Positions 1 to 14,400 of a stretch of DNA of 64,000 nt are shown here, one piece after another (the first letter of the stretch is position 1; every line of letters starts with the position of its first letter). Made by a program: the position numbers and the translations under genes. The stretch is from contig OZ024742.1 in assembly GCA_964016885.1 (NCBI GenBank), positions 232,996,001 through 233,060,000 on the forward strand. Reading direction: 5' to 3'. The notes under the pieces were generated by a model that was not told the DNA's origin, made no database searches, and saw only the letters and a program-made list of their open reading frames with translations. Source of the DNA: Eledone cirrhosa. Taxonomy: Eukaryota.

Positions 1-169
1 TCGCCTAATGTGGTCCTTAGGGCATTGAAAATTTGAAATATGTTTTGCTCAGAACACTCACAGGACCATAAGTATTACATGTGTAAAGTTTCAAAACAAT
101 CGGTTAGGTGGTTCTCGAGTTTTAGTGATCGGACAGACAGACAGACATTCTCTGTTTTAGATATATAGA
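1..169 (-). mobile_element. 5' end of a non-autonomous Helitron-like element (truncated by window edge)
   Basis: Reverse strand TCTATATATCTAAAA, then (TGTC)n, then aaccgattgttttgaaacttt, the layout of Lep1-type Helitron derivatives. Confidence 0.55.
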
Positions 170-338
170 CATAGTTGCAATATCATAGTTAAAACGCTTA
201 ACAACTTTTTAAAACTTTTGATCACAATTCTAGTATCCCCTAATATTGCAATCTGGCTTTCTTGTCCACTTTAGCAATATTTGGTCTCCTATATATCATT
301 GGATGTTAAAATCCTCCATTATTTTAATGTTTTTTAGG

Positions 339-521
339 GCGGTGGATTGGCAGTATCGGTAGAGGGTCGGACGCCATGCTTTCCAGCATAGTTACGTCCC
401 TTTACGATCTGAGTTCAAATCCCGCCGAGGTTGACTTTGCCTTTCATCCTTACGGGGTCAATAAAATAAAGTACCAGTAATGCACTGGGTAATTGCTGGC
501 CTTGTGCCTAAAGTAGAAACA
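339..521 (+). mobile_element. tRNA-derived SINE with Deu/Nin-like core and 21-bp TSD
   Basis: A/B-box-like head (tggcagtatcgg; gagttcaaatcc); core gccgaggttgactttgcctttcatcc; TSD attattttaatgttttttagg at 318-338 and 522-542. Copies at about 1190-1370, 5200-5377, 17477-17622, 22985-23177 and 49562-49680. Confidence 0.85.
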
Positions 522-1539
522 ATTATTTTAATGTTTTTTAGGACACACACACACACTATTCCTCTGATCCTTTATAAGTTAAACTTATCACATAATTACT
601 ATGTGAAAGAGTCATTTTAGCCATTTTAAATGGTCAGTTGCAGAGGAACTGTGTTAGTGACCAGGTCATCAACAATGTGATGAAGATTTTGAAATAAATG
701 GCATATATAAAGTAAAGTTAACATTTTTTATGTGTTTTTAAATAAGATAAAATGACTTCTTCATGCAATAATTATTTTAGTTTCAACATACAGATTTGGA
801 TTAAATCACTTGTCAGACAAGTACAATTCCAAAACCTCATAGAATTCTCAGCAAACAACTTGAACCATACTACTAGATTTAATCCTCATATTTTCTAACA
901 TCTTAAGGCCAGAAAAATGAGTTTAAAGATGTTATAAAGTTATATGTTGCAATGGGGCAGTACTGGTGTCACAATAAAATGCTCCCAGTCAACCCTGTAA
1001 AATGGAAGTGCAGGTGCCACAACAAATGCTCCCAGTACATGTTGTAAAGTGGTCGGCATTAGGAAGAGTATCCAGCTGTAGAAATGATGCCAAAAACAGA
1101 GCGTATGAGCAAGACATAGTCACCTGATCAGTGTCACCCATCTAACCCATGCAAGCATGGAAAATAGATGTTAAACGATGATGATAATAATTGTTTCTAC
1201 TTTAGGCACAAGGCCAGCAATTACCCAGTACATTATTGGTACTTTATTTTATTGACCCCGTAAGGATGAAAGGCAAAGTTAACCTGGGCCGAATTTGAAC
1301 TCAGATCGTAAAGGGACGTTACTATGTTGGAAAGCATGTCCGACCCTCTACCGATACTGCCAATTCACCGATAATAATGATGAAAATAGAATGTTCGCTA
1401 TACAACTGTTAATTAAGTTTAAAAACAGATACACTGAGTAAATTCCATGGTAACCATAATTAGGAAATATATACTTTTATAATACAATGAAAATTATTGT
1501 GTAGTGCTCAGGTGCACATAGAAGAATGTACAAAGATAC

Positions 1540-1690
1540 CTCTGGATCCAATCTCTGTATAGCTTTGCTGCACCTTGCTATAAACTCTCTCAAGTGTTTC
1601 TTGTTGAATTCTTTTGAATTGTTCTTCTACTTTATGCTCATTATGGCTCGACCGGAAAATAGCTCTTGAACCGGATATTTTTTCCATGTA
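1540..1690 (-). CDS. BRCA2: BRCA2 OB2/tower exon (YMEKISGSRAIFRSSHNEHKVEEQF...)
   Basis: ttcaag|TACATG...CCAGAG|gtatct; 151 nt; compare human [20 protein letters not shown]. Confidence 0.93.
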
Positions 1691-3710
1691 CTTGAAAAAA
1701 AAACCTTCAGCAGATTATATTTGCAATTTGAAGAACAATGTAAATAAATATACAGGTTGATTTATATGATACATGGTTTAGTATTTAGCATATAACTTTC
1801 CGTTTACTAATGATTTATCCTAGGTCTTATAGAGAGTGTGTCAGATAATATATGGCTACATATAATTTATCCTTGAATTCCCCTCTTCCATGTCAGCAAG
1901 GAAAGCTGAGCTCACTCCTAACTCCACAATGCTGCCAGATATCACTTTTTACCCTAAGGTCACCCCACCCCTCCCTCTAGTAATAGACAGCCCAAACTCT
2001 GCTCTCATCCCCTCCTTCTCTACCACTGTTCTCTCAACCTGGTTAAGGATGCCACCATGCTAGTGTTGAAATATAGTAGTACTGGTGCCACAATATAATG
2101 CACCTAGTGTCCAACCAATACTGGAAAGTGAAAGTGCAGGTGACACAATAAAATGCACCAGCCTACACTGTAAAGTGCTAGTGTCAGTGCCAAGAAAAAA
2201 AGCATCCAATCCACCCTGTCAGGTGGAAGTTGTTCAACCACAAGAAAACAAATCTGGTACATGCTATGAAGTGGTTGGCATTAGGAAGGGCATCCAGTCA
2301 TAGAAACCATGCAAAAATGGAATGTATGAGCTAGACACAGTCTGCCTAACCTTAGTATGTGACAACTTAACCCATGGAAGCATGAAAAATAGATGTAAAA
2401 TGGATATGATGATGATGATGATGTCAATTGTAGATAACTAACACATTTGAATGAGATTGTTCAAGAAACCAGTGTGGCTGTTTAAGACAGTTAATATGGA
2501 GCAATATGAATGAGAAAAACAGGTGAAGTATATCTTATTAAATGGAATAACACCATTACTTTTAATGAGTCTAAAATCAACATCATTATAGAGATAGAGA
2601 AAAGAAAGTAATTTAGAAATGATTCACTGAAGGGTTGATAATATTTAGAGAGACCCATGGAAGAGGCAGAGCTAAGAAGATATAGGACTTCGAGGACTGG
2701 CGCTATGCTGTACTGATGAAGACTCAACCAACAGTATACAATGTAACCTGACTTATCCTCACCGTCACTGCATTTGCCACACCACCCATGCCCCCTCCAG
2801 CATTCACTCCTTAGCCACTGCCCTTAGTTACCCTCACTAGCACACCCTAGTAGCGACTCTCCTCCCACCCATGCCCTTCCACTAGCAGCTATCCTCACCA
2901 TCACTACACACCACACTCCATCTATGCCGCCTCCTGCTTTCCTTCCGTAGCTACTGCCCCTCCTCCCCTAGATACCCTCACCAATGCCCCTTCCACTATC
3001 ACCCATTAGCTATTCTCTCCATCGCTACACCTCCCCCATCCTGGCACTGGTGAGTCCTACCTCCACCCCAGCATTAATGACCAAACCATCCACACACCCT
3101 TACTTCAGTATTCTCACCACTGCATCCCCCTCTCCACTCATTACCCTGATGTTAAATCACACCACACTTGCCATAACTTCACATTTATATCCCTCCTATG
3201 CACCCTCTACCTCCAACAGAGCAGAGAGGCCCAATTTACTGGAACAAGGAGCAACCTGTTACGCCCTTCAAGGTGGTGTAAGGTGGTTGGGGATAGGAAG
3301 GGCACCCCTCTGTAGAAAACATGCTGATAAAAAAAAGGGTTGAGAGGACCCTTCACTTATGTCACAGTACGACAACCTCTCTAGTGTTGGTAACTTACAT
3401 GATAAACACATCCAGTACACCATGATAGGAAGGGCATCCAGCTGTCGAAAGCTTGCCAAACAATGGGTTGGGAGGACCCTTCAATTGTGTCAAAGGCATG
3501 AAAACCTCTCATGTGTACTCAATAAAACATAAGACCTTATGTAAGCAAGATGCAGACCACCCCAGCCTCTCTGGGAGATCGGTAGCCCCACCGAGCTTTG
3601 TTAGCAGAGAAAGCAGACATTAAATGATGATGATGAAACAGTTTGTGTGAATTGAAGGAATAACTTCACATTGCTAGTATGTTTAAATGAAAGAAAGGAA
3701 AATATTTTAC

Positions 3711-3890
3711 CATTATAGGATAGATTCGAGCTATAACAACATCAACTGAACCAACCAATCCACCATTTTGATTTATATGGGAAAGAGGAATAGCAAAAGG
3801 GCGAGGATCACACTGGTATCCCAGCCTGCTATTCCATTTAGCAGGGCGGCAGCAATTCCCACTCACTTTCAGCTGAACTTGAGAAAATGC
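3711..3890 (-). CDS. BRCA2: BRCA2 OB1/OB2 exon (SGNCCRPAKWNSRLGYQCDPRPF...GGLVGSVDVVIARIYPIM)
   Basis: ttgtag|GCA...ATAATG|gtaaaa; 180 nt; compare human SANSTRPARWYTKLG..DPRPF..GGNVGCVDVIIQRAYP. Confidence 0.97.
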
Positions 3891-5929
3891 CTACAAATTA
3901 TATATACCAGAATTTAAAAATATTGAAAATGATTGCTGAAATAGTGTTGGAAGAACGATTAAGTAAATCTACTTCTCTAAACTAATTCTATTTTTCTACA
4001 CCAACAATTGTATAATCATGCACATTTAGTAATTCCTCCATTACTGCTTCAGCAAGTACAGTAAACTCTATGCTTTGCTGATGAAGTTATCAGAAGGCCA
4101 TGGCACGTCTGAGAAGTGTCTTCTGCATTTGTTAAAATAATTAAAATAATTCTTTTTAATTTAGGTACAGGACCAGAAATTTTGGGAGAGGTGCTAGTTG
4201 ATTATAACAATCCCAGTACTTTATTTCATTGACTCCAGGAGGAAGAAAGGCAAAGTTGACCTCAGTGGGATTTAAAACTTTAACATTTAAACTGGCCATA
4301 TCCAGCCAGAATTCTCTCACCTTTTTCTGTTCAAACCAGCCATAACTGGCCGCTCATACCGATGTTAGGGTATTGTTCTCAAAATAAATAAAATCATCAA
4401 ATCTCGTAGCTTTGATATTATATGAGATAAAGCCTTTACTGTGAAAATACAATAGTAAATACAGAGTAATGTAAATGCTAAAGGGTTAAATTCAGATAGT
4501 CACTGACTAATAATGTAATTTGTTTACCACATAATTGCTAGCTTTTTAATAGTCCCTGCATTAAATAGGTTATATAAAATAATAATGAAAATGTTGTGTA
4601 CAGTGCTCAGGTGCACTACAACTCATCAATTAATAGTAAGAATCCATTTCAATAGTCCCCACATTAAATATGTTAAAACTAATTATCTAAAACTTAGATA
4701 TAAATTGCTTTCAATCATACCACATGGCTATCAAAAGTAAATGTTTAGATATATTCTTTTTTTGTTATTATGTATTTATAATACATACTGCTTGTTTCTC
4801 ATTTAGAATAGACAAACCATATCTCTGTGTGTTGTGAGAAGTGACTAAAAGGACATGCAGTAGTAAACGATAGCCTTAAAAAGTTGCATCCAACCCATAC
4901 CAGGAATGGAAAAGTTGATGTTAAAGCAATGATAATGATGCTGGATCACATACAGTATGAAATATTATAATTCTCAAATACAAAAAATTATTTGTACAGC
5001 ATCTTATAAAGCATTTAATCCATATTTATTGCTGAAAATGAAATAAAGATTTTTAATAAAACTGAAATATTGGTTTTAAGTGCAAAAGGTCAAACCTTTT
5101 ATTCTATGAATTTGTCTTTAGGTGATGTGAGATGAAAAATGCAACATTGAAGATCAACACTTTTCGGGATAGAAGACAAGATATATGACATGAAACATAA
5201 TTGTTTCTACTTTAGGCACAAGGCCAGCAATTACCCAGTGCATTACTGGTACTTTATTTTATCGACCCCGTAAGGATAAAAGGCAAAGTCAACCTCGGCG
5301 GGATTTGAACTCAGATCGTAAAGGGACGTAACTATGCTGGAAAGCATGGCGTCCGACCCTCTACCGATACTGCCAATGATATTATGTTTGAATGACTATG
5401 TCTGTGACACAGAATATCTCCTCTAACCATTTCAATATTGTATTATTTTATTGTATCCATTAGATCCAAATATGGAATATTTAAAATATTTAGCCTTTTC
5501 ATTACTGTATTTCTAATGAGATTCATTGTATTTGAATTAATGAAAAATTTTAAGGGATTTATTAAAATTATTCTTTCAATATTAAAATGGTATTTGTAAC
5601 ATAACTTAACAAAAGGTTCTTATACCAATTTTTTTATAGGTAAAATAAATGTTTATTCTCAATACATGTGTTTCACTCACAAAGTTGTTTTAAAACCATT
5701 GATAATTACATAAATATGGAAAAGAAAGAGAAAAACAAAATTAAGTAATGGGAAAAAAGGGAAGGGGTAAAGAAGGGCAGATCTGGCTGTATGGGAAAGT
5801 AGAGGAAAGATCTATAAATGCCATAAATGAGAGGAAAAAGCAAGGACTCATTGGCCCCAGAAGAAAGGGGAGAGGGTGAAGGGTGAAGGGCCTATGGTAG
5901 GGTGGTGTTTGGGCTGCACCCTGCAGACA

Positions 5930-6610
5930 AAACTGCAAAGGCATTTCCACGGACAATGGCCAATGACACCTTGTGGGGCTCCTTCCTCAAATGCGCTGCT
6001 GATGTTTGTGGCCGAAGCAACAAAGTTGGAGGTGGAGAACGTGTCGCAATATGTGGCGTTCCAGATTCTACTTGCATCGAATGGGAAGAAAGTAATTCCG
6101 TCGGAGTACTTGCCATCTCTGTAGTCAAAGCCTGCTGGCTCCAGTTGTGATGGGAAGCCAGCTGCATTCAGGCTCTTTCTCAATATGTCATTGAAAGCAG
6201 CATGTCAGGGGGGAACCGGCATGCGCTCTGGCGGCATGAAAGTGGATGCAGGACAGAGTTGCTAATAACAGCCCCACAACAGTATTTGTGTGGCTCACAC
6301 ATGCAGAGGCTGAAGCGTTGGGCCACTCCGAAGCGAGTACACTCACTTTCAAGAAGGGTTCTGATTGATGAGGAGGGCACTGAATTGAGCCACGCACCAC
6401 TGTTTGGCTGCAAAGTGGATTGGAGGCAGGTGAGGCAGTGTTGGTCCAAGCCAGACTCTATCCGCCTGAAGGAAGACCTGCACCTGATGTCACCCCAGTT
6501 ATGTTGGACATTTGTATACCGGGGGACAGCGCCTGCACTGGTCCAGTCAGCCAGAGCTTGCTCAAGTTCTGGGGCTATGTCAGGTTCGGCTGTCTCTGCA
6601 AGGGAAGATT
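5930..6610 (-). mobile_element. CRE-clade (restriction-like endonuclease) non-LTR retrotransposon C-terminal fragment
   Basis: Frameshifted peptides SGAWLNSVP..., C.CG...HPLSC..., LEPAG...DGKYSDG..FPF...WNATYCDTF match the zinc-finger/PD-D region of CRE-like elements. Confidence 0.75.
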
Positions 6611-7009
6611 TTAGCTGACCAACATAGAAAACACTTTATAAATAAGTCAGAACATTTTATAGAATAATTATTTCAATGATTATTTTCTCCCTTTTCCTAT
6701 CAACTTTCTGTTTTTTTTTCAGTTTTTTTCTCTTCTTTTCTTTAACCTTCTTATTAGTTTGTCTTTTTATCTGCTTTGATCGTATGCTTCTGTGTATTAT
6801 ATCTATAAGGTTCCATGTGAAAGACCACAACTATAATACAATCTCCCTCAGTTGTCTCATTTTGTAGGAAGATTTTAATTTAAGTAGGAACACTTTAAAA
6901 TAGGTGGTTTAATTTCATAGAAACAGAGCTAGATGTGGGTGGGTTGGTACGAAGAGGATTAAAAAGGAAGGAAAATGTAATTTCTATAAAGAAAATAAAG
7001 ATGACAAAC

Positions 7010-7168
7010 CTCAAGTGGGTTGAATGCTTCTTCGTTTCCAATTAGCTCAGCTTTACAAATACACAATTTCTGACCAACCCTGACCTTCTTGTTGACAACT
7101 AAGCTCATCATCTGGTTATCAAGGATCATTTTCAATGAGTACCAGCCATCAGTAACTTCTATACATTG
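7010..7168 (-). CDS. BRCA2: BRCA2 OB1 exon (CIEVTDGWYSL...VGQKL..KAELIG...PLE)
   Basis: tgatag|CAA...CTTGAG|gtttgt; 159 nt; TDGWY and VGQK hallmarks. Confidence 0.96.
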
Positions 7169-9059
7169 CTATCAATAGGAAATAAAAGTACTGAAATAAA
7201 AGACAATCATTTCCAGTTCTCAATTGTTGTAATTATATAGAGAATAATATTGCTATAATATGCAAAGAGCCTGTTCATTTTGTTGAAATTAAATTTTAAC
7301 TATCTATATAAGCAAGTTAGCTTAATGAAATGAAGAAACTCAACAGAACTATACATATAGTAAAGGTGAAATTGGATTGCATTCACAGGCGGTATGCCAA
7401 GGTGAGCACTAGATGCTATTGGGGAGCAGAGTATCGATAATAATAATAATTAGGGAACAACGAATCAGTATTGCATCATATACATATTTAATAACATATT
7501 ACATATGTTTCACTGCCGATCAGCTCGAGAAATGATCGATTATGTTCATTCCTGACTCTGGAATCGAAAGCTCCTTAGATATGTGTTCTCACATATAGAC
7601 ACACGTCCAAATGTTGCTGAATTTTTAGACACCCGATTTGTTATTTTGGGATGCCACAGACTTTGTAGAAGAAATGGGTCATCATCATCGTTTAACGCCC
7701 ATCTTCCACGCTAGCATTGGTTAGACAGGATTGTCCCCTTGAGGTAAGATTGGTCGGGTGACCGTGTCTCACTCGTATAGAACTGTTTCTGGCTAGTTTT
7801 CTACGGCTAGATGCCCTTCCTAACACCAACCACATTTACAGTGTGGACTGAGAGCCTTTTTATCATGTCTCCTACATGACCACTTTACAGTGTGGACTGG
7901 GTGCTTTTTATCATGTCTCCTACATGACCACTTTACAGTGTGGATTGGATGTTCTGTGGTTCCAACATAACTTTACAGAGAAAAGGTGGTGTGGGCAGAA
8001 ATAGGAGGATGGAGTAGGGTGTGTGGGGTGGGGTGTATATTGGGTTAAGAGGTGTCTACTAACTGTAGGTTTAACTTTGTATGTAAGGGAAGGCGAGTCT
8101 TCTGTATTACTGCGTAGCACCAAAGATCTCGATCCCGTGTCATTGTCTTAGAGATGTGTAAGTGTGCAAGGTCAGATTTTATCGCCTCGTCCCAGGTTTT
8201 TCTGGGTCTACCTACTCCGTAGCTTCCACTAACTTTTGATTGCCCTGCACTTTTTTATACAGCTGTCGTCTTTCATGCGCATCACAACGTAATCTCTCTC
8301 AAGTAAACAGCATCTGATCCAATTTCCCACTTAGTTCGTTTATATTTTGCCATTTGTGTATATTACTATTACACATCCATCGGAACATGCATGCTTCGTT
8401 CCTTTCCAATCTGCGCAGGTCCTCTTCATACAATGCCAGATCTCACTGCCATGTAATATTGCTGTTCATATACAAGCATCAAACAATCTGCTTTTGGGTC
8501 ATAGTCAATTTTAACATGCAAAATTGTGTTTGGTTAAATCCCTGGGGGCAGGCAACCAAGAATTCAGTATCTTTCGCTGTCACTCACTAGTCACGATAGT
8601 AAATTATGCACGTAGGATACAGATGCCTGCCTATAGGATGTCTGTGTTTTATTCTAGGCAGCTAGGTCTTAAAAGTTTATCAGAATGTAAAAGAATAAAT
8701 AAAAGGATAAAATAAAATAATAAAGAAATAAATGTATAAATCAGTGGATGGATAAGTAGATAGATAGTAGTATAAAGATTTAAAAATATATATATATATA
8801 AAAAAATAGATGAATAAATAAGAACTAGAATGAATGAACAAAAAAGTAGATGAGTAAACAAATAAACAAAAGCAAAAAACACAAAAAACACAAAGAAAAG
8901 CTTTTCTGAGTAGGAAATGATAATGGGGTAGGTGGGGTAGGCATTTTACTAGCTGAAAATTGGATAGATAAAATAATTGAATAAGTCAGATTAAGTCTAA
9001 ATTATCAAGCTGAAAATAATCATAGGCAATAGAATTACAACAATGATCTCTATTGCTTC

Positions 9060-11655
9060 CATAAAGAACTCTTACGAGACCTCAGCATCCTAGCAGATGA
9101 CTTCAATGGACATGTTTGGCAGCACTAAGATGGTTACACAAGTGCACTGTGGTTATAGTTATGGCTGAACAAATGAAGAAGGCGTAAAATTCCCAGAATT
9201 CTGTGATAACTATTTGCAACACTAGCCACATAGTAATCTATCATTCAAGTGAACACAGAAACAGGATTGACTTCCTACTCATTAGAAAACAGGATAGACA
9301 AGTGATCATGAATGCTAAGTACATTCCCAGAGAAGGATGTACTTGTAGCAATTGCCTCCCTTGTTGTGACTCACAACCCCAATAGATTAACATCTAGACG
9401 GGAAGTAGAACCCTTTCTGTAACTTCCGGTCAGAACCCTATAAAACTAACAACTTTAAGTTCTCACTCTCTCATTTGCCCTTCCGGCGCCTGGCCTTCGC
9501 CAGGCGTCTCGCGTTTGCCTGGCAATCAAAACGGTAACTACTAACTTTGCTTCATTCTTTCGTTTATTCATTGACATGTCAACTATACTGTTAAATTGTT
9601 GATTAAATATTATACACACAAATAATGTCGCCTTGTTACATTCATACACATGAGTTCTCCGCTACATACCCGACAACATAAGTTAGTTATTAGTAACATC
9701 AAAATAAGCACCAGATAAAACAAGAAACACGGGAAAATGGAGTGTATGGAAGTTAAAAGACTTCTGTTAAATTTAGGTACAGAAAAGTTCTATATGATAT
9801 GCACAATAAGAGGAAGGAAGAGTTAGGTATAAACGACATAGATGATAATTGGCAGTTCCTACTATGTGACAACCTACTGACAAAATCCTTGGCTGGAACA
9901 AGGTGCCAATCTGATGGAGGGTGGCTTTGTGGTGGAACAGCACTGTGGACAGAACCATTAAAGTCTAGAGACAGACATAGTAAGAAAAATGGGAGCAGCC
10001 AAGATCAATATCAAGTAGGCAAAAGAGAAGCTAGATGCCAGGTATACATAGCAATCAAAGAAGCTGGACACGAAGATCAGGGGCCTGAGGTATTCCACAT
10101 CACAATGCAGTGAGTCAGTGTTGATCAGGATGTTGGGGAAAAAGTGTGTTTGAAATAACACTGATGCACTTAGAATCACTGTCACTCAAAAGAAAGAGGT
10201 AAGGAAATGCTATTATGAAATTTTAATGAATATGGAGAATGAGTGAGAGAAAGAGACCCAATAGAGGGACCAGCTTTTGAAGTTAACAGTTATACAGTAA
10301 AAAAAAGCAATCAAAGAAATGAAAAATGGTAATGCTGCTGGACCATCAGAGACAGTGGCTGAAATTGTCTGGGGAACTAGGAGCCAATCTAGTCATTTGC
10401 ATAGTCAGTCTGGTAATACAAGATGGAGTCATACTCAATGACTGGCATAGGAGTATAGTAAAAAAATTGTTACAAGGGAAAAGTTGATACTCTAATTAGG
10501 GAAAGAGTCAAATTAGATGAGATACAGTTTGGTTTTATGCTGGGGTGGGGGGTGGGGGGAGCATGACATGACCTCTTCTTAGTGAGGCAACTACAAGAGA
10601 AGTTCCTAGCTAATTGTAAGTCACTATATCTAGCTTTTATTGATCTGGAGAAGGCCTTTGACAGAGTCCCACGATGTGTCATCTAATGGCCCTTATGAAA
10701 CTAAGTGTAGATGAATGGCTTTTGAGAACTGAGCAAGCCATGTACAGAAGAGCTTTCAGTAAAGTGAGAGCAGTAATGAGTTTAGTGGAGCATTCAAAGT
10801 GCAGGTATGTGTTTATCAGAACTATAATAAACTGCTGTTTATTATAGTTCTCTGATCATAATAGAGGAGTTTAAGACTGGATGTTCATGGGAACTTTTAT
10901 ATGTGGACAACCTGGTTCTTTATTGCTGAATTTGTGGAAGAGCTAGGGAGGAAATTCCTACAGTGGAAACAGAAATTAGTATCAAAATATTCAGAGTAAA
11001 CTTAACAAAGACAAAGGTGTTAGTAAGTAGAAAAGAAGACAAGTCTCTGATCTCACTAGGGAAGTGGCTATGGTTGATATGTAGAAGAGGAGAAGGTAGG
11101 AATTCCATACTATGTACAGAATGTAAATTCCCCAAGAGGTGCAGACTAGTAAGCAGACTAACAAGAAAGGTAGACCTTGTATATGACAGATGTACAGGGA
11201 TGGTTGGTAGTAAGAACATCAGCAAAATAAACTTGTTCCATAGAAGTAGTTGGTAGCTTCTGTTATGAAGGTGATCTAATTAACAGTGAAGGAGATTGCT
11301 CTGAGAGCATAGCAACTAGAATAAGAACAGGATGGAAAAAGTTCAGGGAGCTTCTACGCCTGTTGACAACAAATGCTAGTTGTATGATGCCTGTGTACGA
11401 TATTGCATGGGCAGTGAATGCAGAGAATATGCGAAGGCTGGAGAGAAATGAAGCAGGCATGCTTCGATGGATGTGTGCTGTTAATGTTCATAAATGATGA
11501 AGCATGGACGAACTGAGAAAAATAATGGATATAAGAGGAATCAGATGTAGTGTGCAATAGAGAAGACTGTGCTAGTATGGCCATGTAATATGCATGGATG
11601 ATAATTGTTGGTTGAAGAACTGCCAAGAAATCTGAGTGGAAGGAAGCTACAGTAG
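9060..11655 (+). mobile_element. Highly decayed RTE-clade LINE (APE endonuclease + RT), interrupted by a solo LTR
   Basis: Remnants: RIDFLLIRK (endonuclease), DLEKAFDRVP, VNLTKTKVLVS, and a 3' WKKFRELL.../RRL.WYGHV region. Confidence 0.85.
9344..9666 (+). mobile_element. Solo LTR inserted in the RTE element
   Basis: TGTAGC...GCTACA termini, 4-bp flanks tact/tacc, internal cctataaaa. The RTE endonuclease sequence resumes after it. Confidence 0.7.
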
Positions 11656-11704
11656 AAGACTTTAATTATATCCTCATTAGTGTTTCTTACTTGGTTCAAC
11701 TTAC

Positions 11705-11828
11705 CTCATTGTTCTGAATCACTGAGCATATATTAGATTTCAATATATCTTTATTAATATTTGATATACACAAAACTATTCTCTTTGCTGGGGTATCATC
11801 ACGTTCAGTAATCTTCCTCAAAGCTGAC
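11705..11828 (-). CDS. BRCA2: BRCA2 OB1 start exon (SALRKITERDDTPAKRIVLCISNI)
   Basis: ctacag|GTCAG...AATGAG|gtaagt; 124 nt; compare human [22 protein letters not shown]. Confidence 0.96.
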
Positions 11829-14099
11829 CTGTAGAAGTTTAATAGAAATATTAATGTCAATTTAAAATATGACATAGGAGACGATTAAAGAGCTTGGCAT
11901 CAAGAAGGGCATCCAGCAATAAAACATGGTTTTAAAACATCCCATCCAACCTATGGAAAAGTGGACATAAAAATGATGATGATGATGATCTGCACATACA
12001 TTTTTAGAGATTGAATTGTTAAATTCAGAATGTTTGACTTGATTGATTTCAAGTTTAAACATACTTTGGTTTTGTTGTACTTAAATTGTTGTAACTTTTC
12101 AGGCCAGCCTGTGAAACAGCACAGCTGCCACAAAATCAACTTTTCTAACAGTAACAGTAACAATTATCACTTTGATTACAGCTCTAACTTTGACTGATAC
12201 AAACCAGTTACATAAACTTTTAGATGGTATTCTTCTTTTCTTCTTTCACTGAACTGAGGCCACGCTGGGGCACAGATTTCAAGGGTTTTAGTTAATTATA
12301 TTGACATCCAGTAATTGTGTACTACCAATTTTTATCAATCTCTAATTATCTTACCATTTAAGGAATTATTTACCTTTTGCAGATTTAAATCTCAAGATAT
12401 CTACATACATACATAATATATACATGGAATGCAGAGATTTTCAGAGAGATATTTTAAAGAGAAATATACAGGACTACTAGTTCTTAAAATTCTTGATTCA
12501 TAGATCTTTCTCTATTCAGATTAATTACTACCATGTATATCCCAGTTTTTAGAATAGGAACACTATATCTTTGTGTGTCATAAAAGGTGACTAAAATGGC
12601 TGGCACCAGGAAGAGCATCAATCTATAAAATACTATCTTAAAAAGTCCCATCCAACCCATTCCAGCATGGAAAGGCAGATGACGATACTGGATAGACTAA
12701 TACTGAATGTAACACATTAGAAAACAAGATGGGATGGTCACAGCTTGAAAGTTAGTTAAGTAGTGTATGGTCAACTCACAAAAGCATGTGTTCCAACTCC
12801 ACATATGGACAACATCCAAAAATATTAATTATAACCTCAACAATGTGTTTTCTAAAAGATATTCTTGTACTCACTAAGATCTATAACTACTTGTAGCAAC
12901 ACAGTTACATTTCTAGACTCTGGAAATTGGGTAAAATCATAAGATTACTAAAACACCCAAAAAGCTCAAATAAAATACCTTCATACATTTCCACCCCACC
13001 CAGCAATGCACACTCTCAAACATTTTAGAAAAACTCATCTTTGATATTAGTAACACATATTCCCCCTGCCATTAATCCTTTTCTTACCATATTACTAATA
13101 TTTCCAAATCATTTTGAAAATAATTAAGAATTTGGAGGATGTAATACATCATGCTGAACAGAGGAAGACTTGAAGTGGACACCTTCAAATACCTAGGTTA
13201 CACTCTAACCAGATCTCAGACTTGCTCTGGCCACTTCTGTACAAGTCCTTGGTGACTTCAATATGAATGTAAGATTTGGACACTCGCAGCTGACATGGAA
13301 TGAAGAATCCAGTCATTTGAGCAGAAGTGTTTCAGAAGGTTGCTACATATCCCATACACAGAGCACAAAACAAACAGCTTTGTCAGGCAGCAAGTTAACA
13401 AATGTGCTGGCAGACAGGAACTACTCCTTGCAATAATGAAACGCCAGAAGCTTGCCTAGTATAATCATATATCCCACAACTCTTTGTCCAGGGCACAGTC
13501 AAGGGAGGGTGAAAAAGAGCCAGAGCCAAGCAGACAAAGAAAATCCTGGTCCAACAATATTAGAGACTGGACTGGTCACAACACCAAGACCCTTCTTCGC
13601 ATGACAGAGAATAGAGACCAATGGCGACAACTGACTGCAAAAGCGTCTAGAGTGGCACCCCAATGACTGGCTGCACCAGTTGTGGGAACATGATGATGAA
13701 TACTGTAACTAACTTTCTATTTATTAAATCTTTACCATACTGTTTTATCTTACATAATTATCTCACATAATATCGAATCTATGAGATTTTGATGTTATTT
13801 ATTTTGAGAACAATACCTTAACATCAGGATGAGCGGTCGGTTACAGCTGGTTTGAACAGTAAGAGGTGAGAGAATTCTGGCCGGATACGGCCAGTTTAAA
13901 TACTAAAGTGTTAAGCTGGTGTTTAGAGCATAATTCAAAATAGATTCTTACATTAAGCTTCTAAAGTATGATGGAAGGTTTCTAAATAAATATAATCACT
14001 TTAAAGTAAACAGTTTTGTCCAACTCTTGCTAGCATGGAAAATGAATGTTAAATGATGGTGATAGTCATGATAGTTTCAGTCAGTTTTGAATCAAAAAG

Positions 14100-14400
14100 G
14101 TTAAATTACAACACAGAGTCAGAAACATTTTTTCACGCTCAGAGTTGCTGAAGCATGGAACAAACTGACTGCGTCAGTTGTTAGCTGCCAAGACACTGCA
14201 TCCTTTAAAACCTTCATGCTTCCCGAAATTCGCCAAAACTACACCTGATGTACCCCTTCCATACACATGCACACATGTGTATATCATGACTCATGCACTG
14301 TTCATTTTCCTGACGTTTGTACATTACCCTACGTACTATACATACACTTTTTGATGAGTTGTAGTGCACCTGAGCACTGTACACAATATTTTCATTATAT
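14100..14400 (+). mobile_element. CR1/L2-like LINE 3' end
   Basis: FFTLRVAEAWNKL peptide remnant. Its 3' tail (tgtagtgcacctgagcactgtacacaat) recurs in reverse at about 1490, 4590 and 20660. Confidence 0.6.

Noticed and set aside
339-430. tRNA-like A/B boxes (also about 23755-23830)
   Set aside because: SINE heads without a cloverleaf, attached to repeat bodies; not tRNA genes.
7545-7580. Half hammerhead (attcc...ggaatc GAAAGCTC)
   Set aside because: No CUGANGA core upstream; at most a truncated relic.
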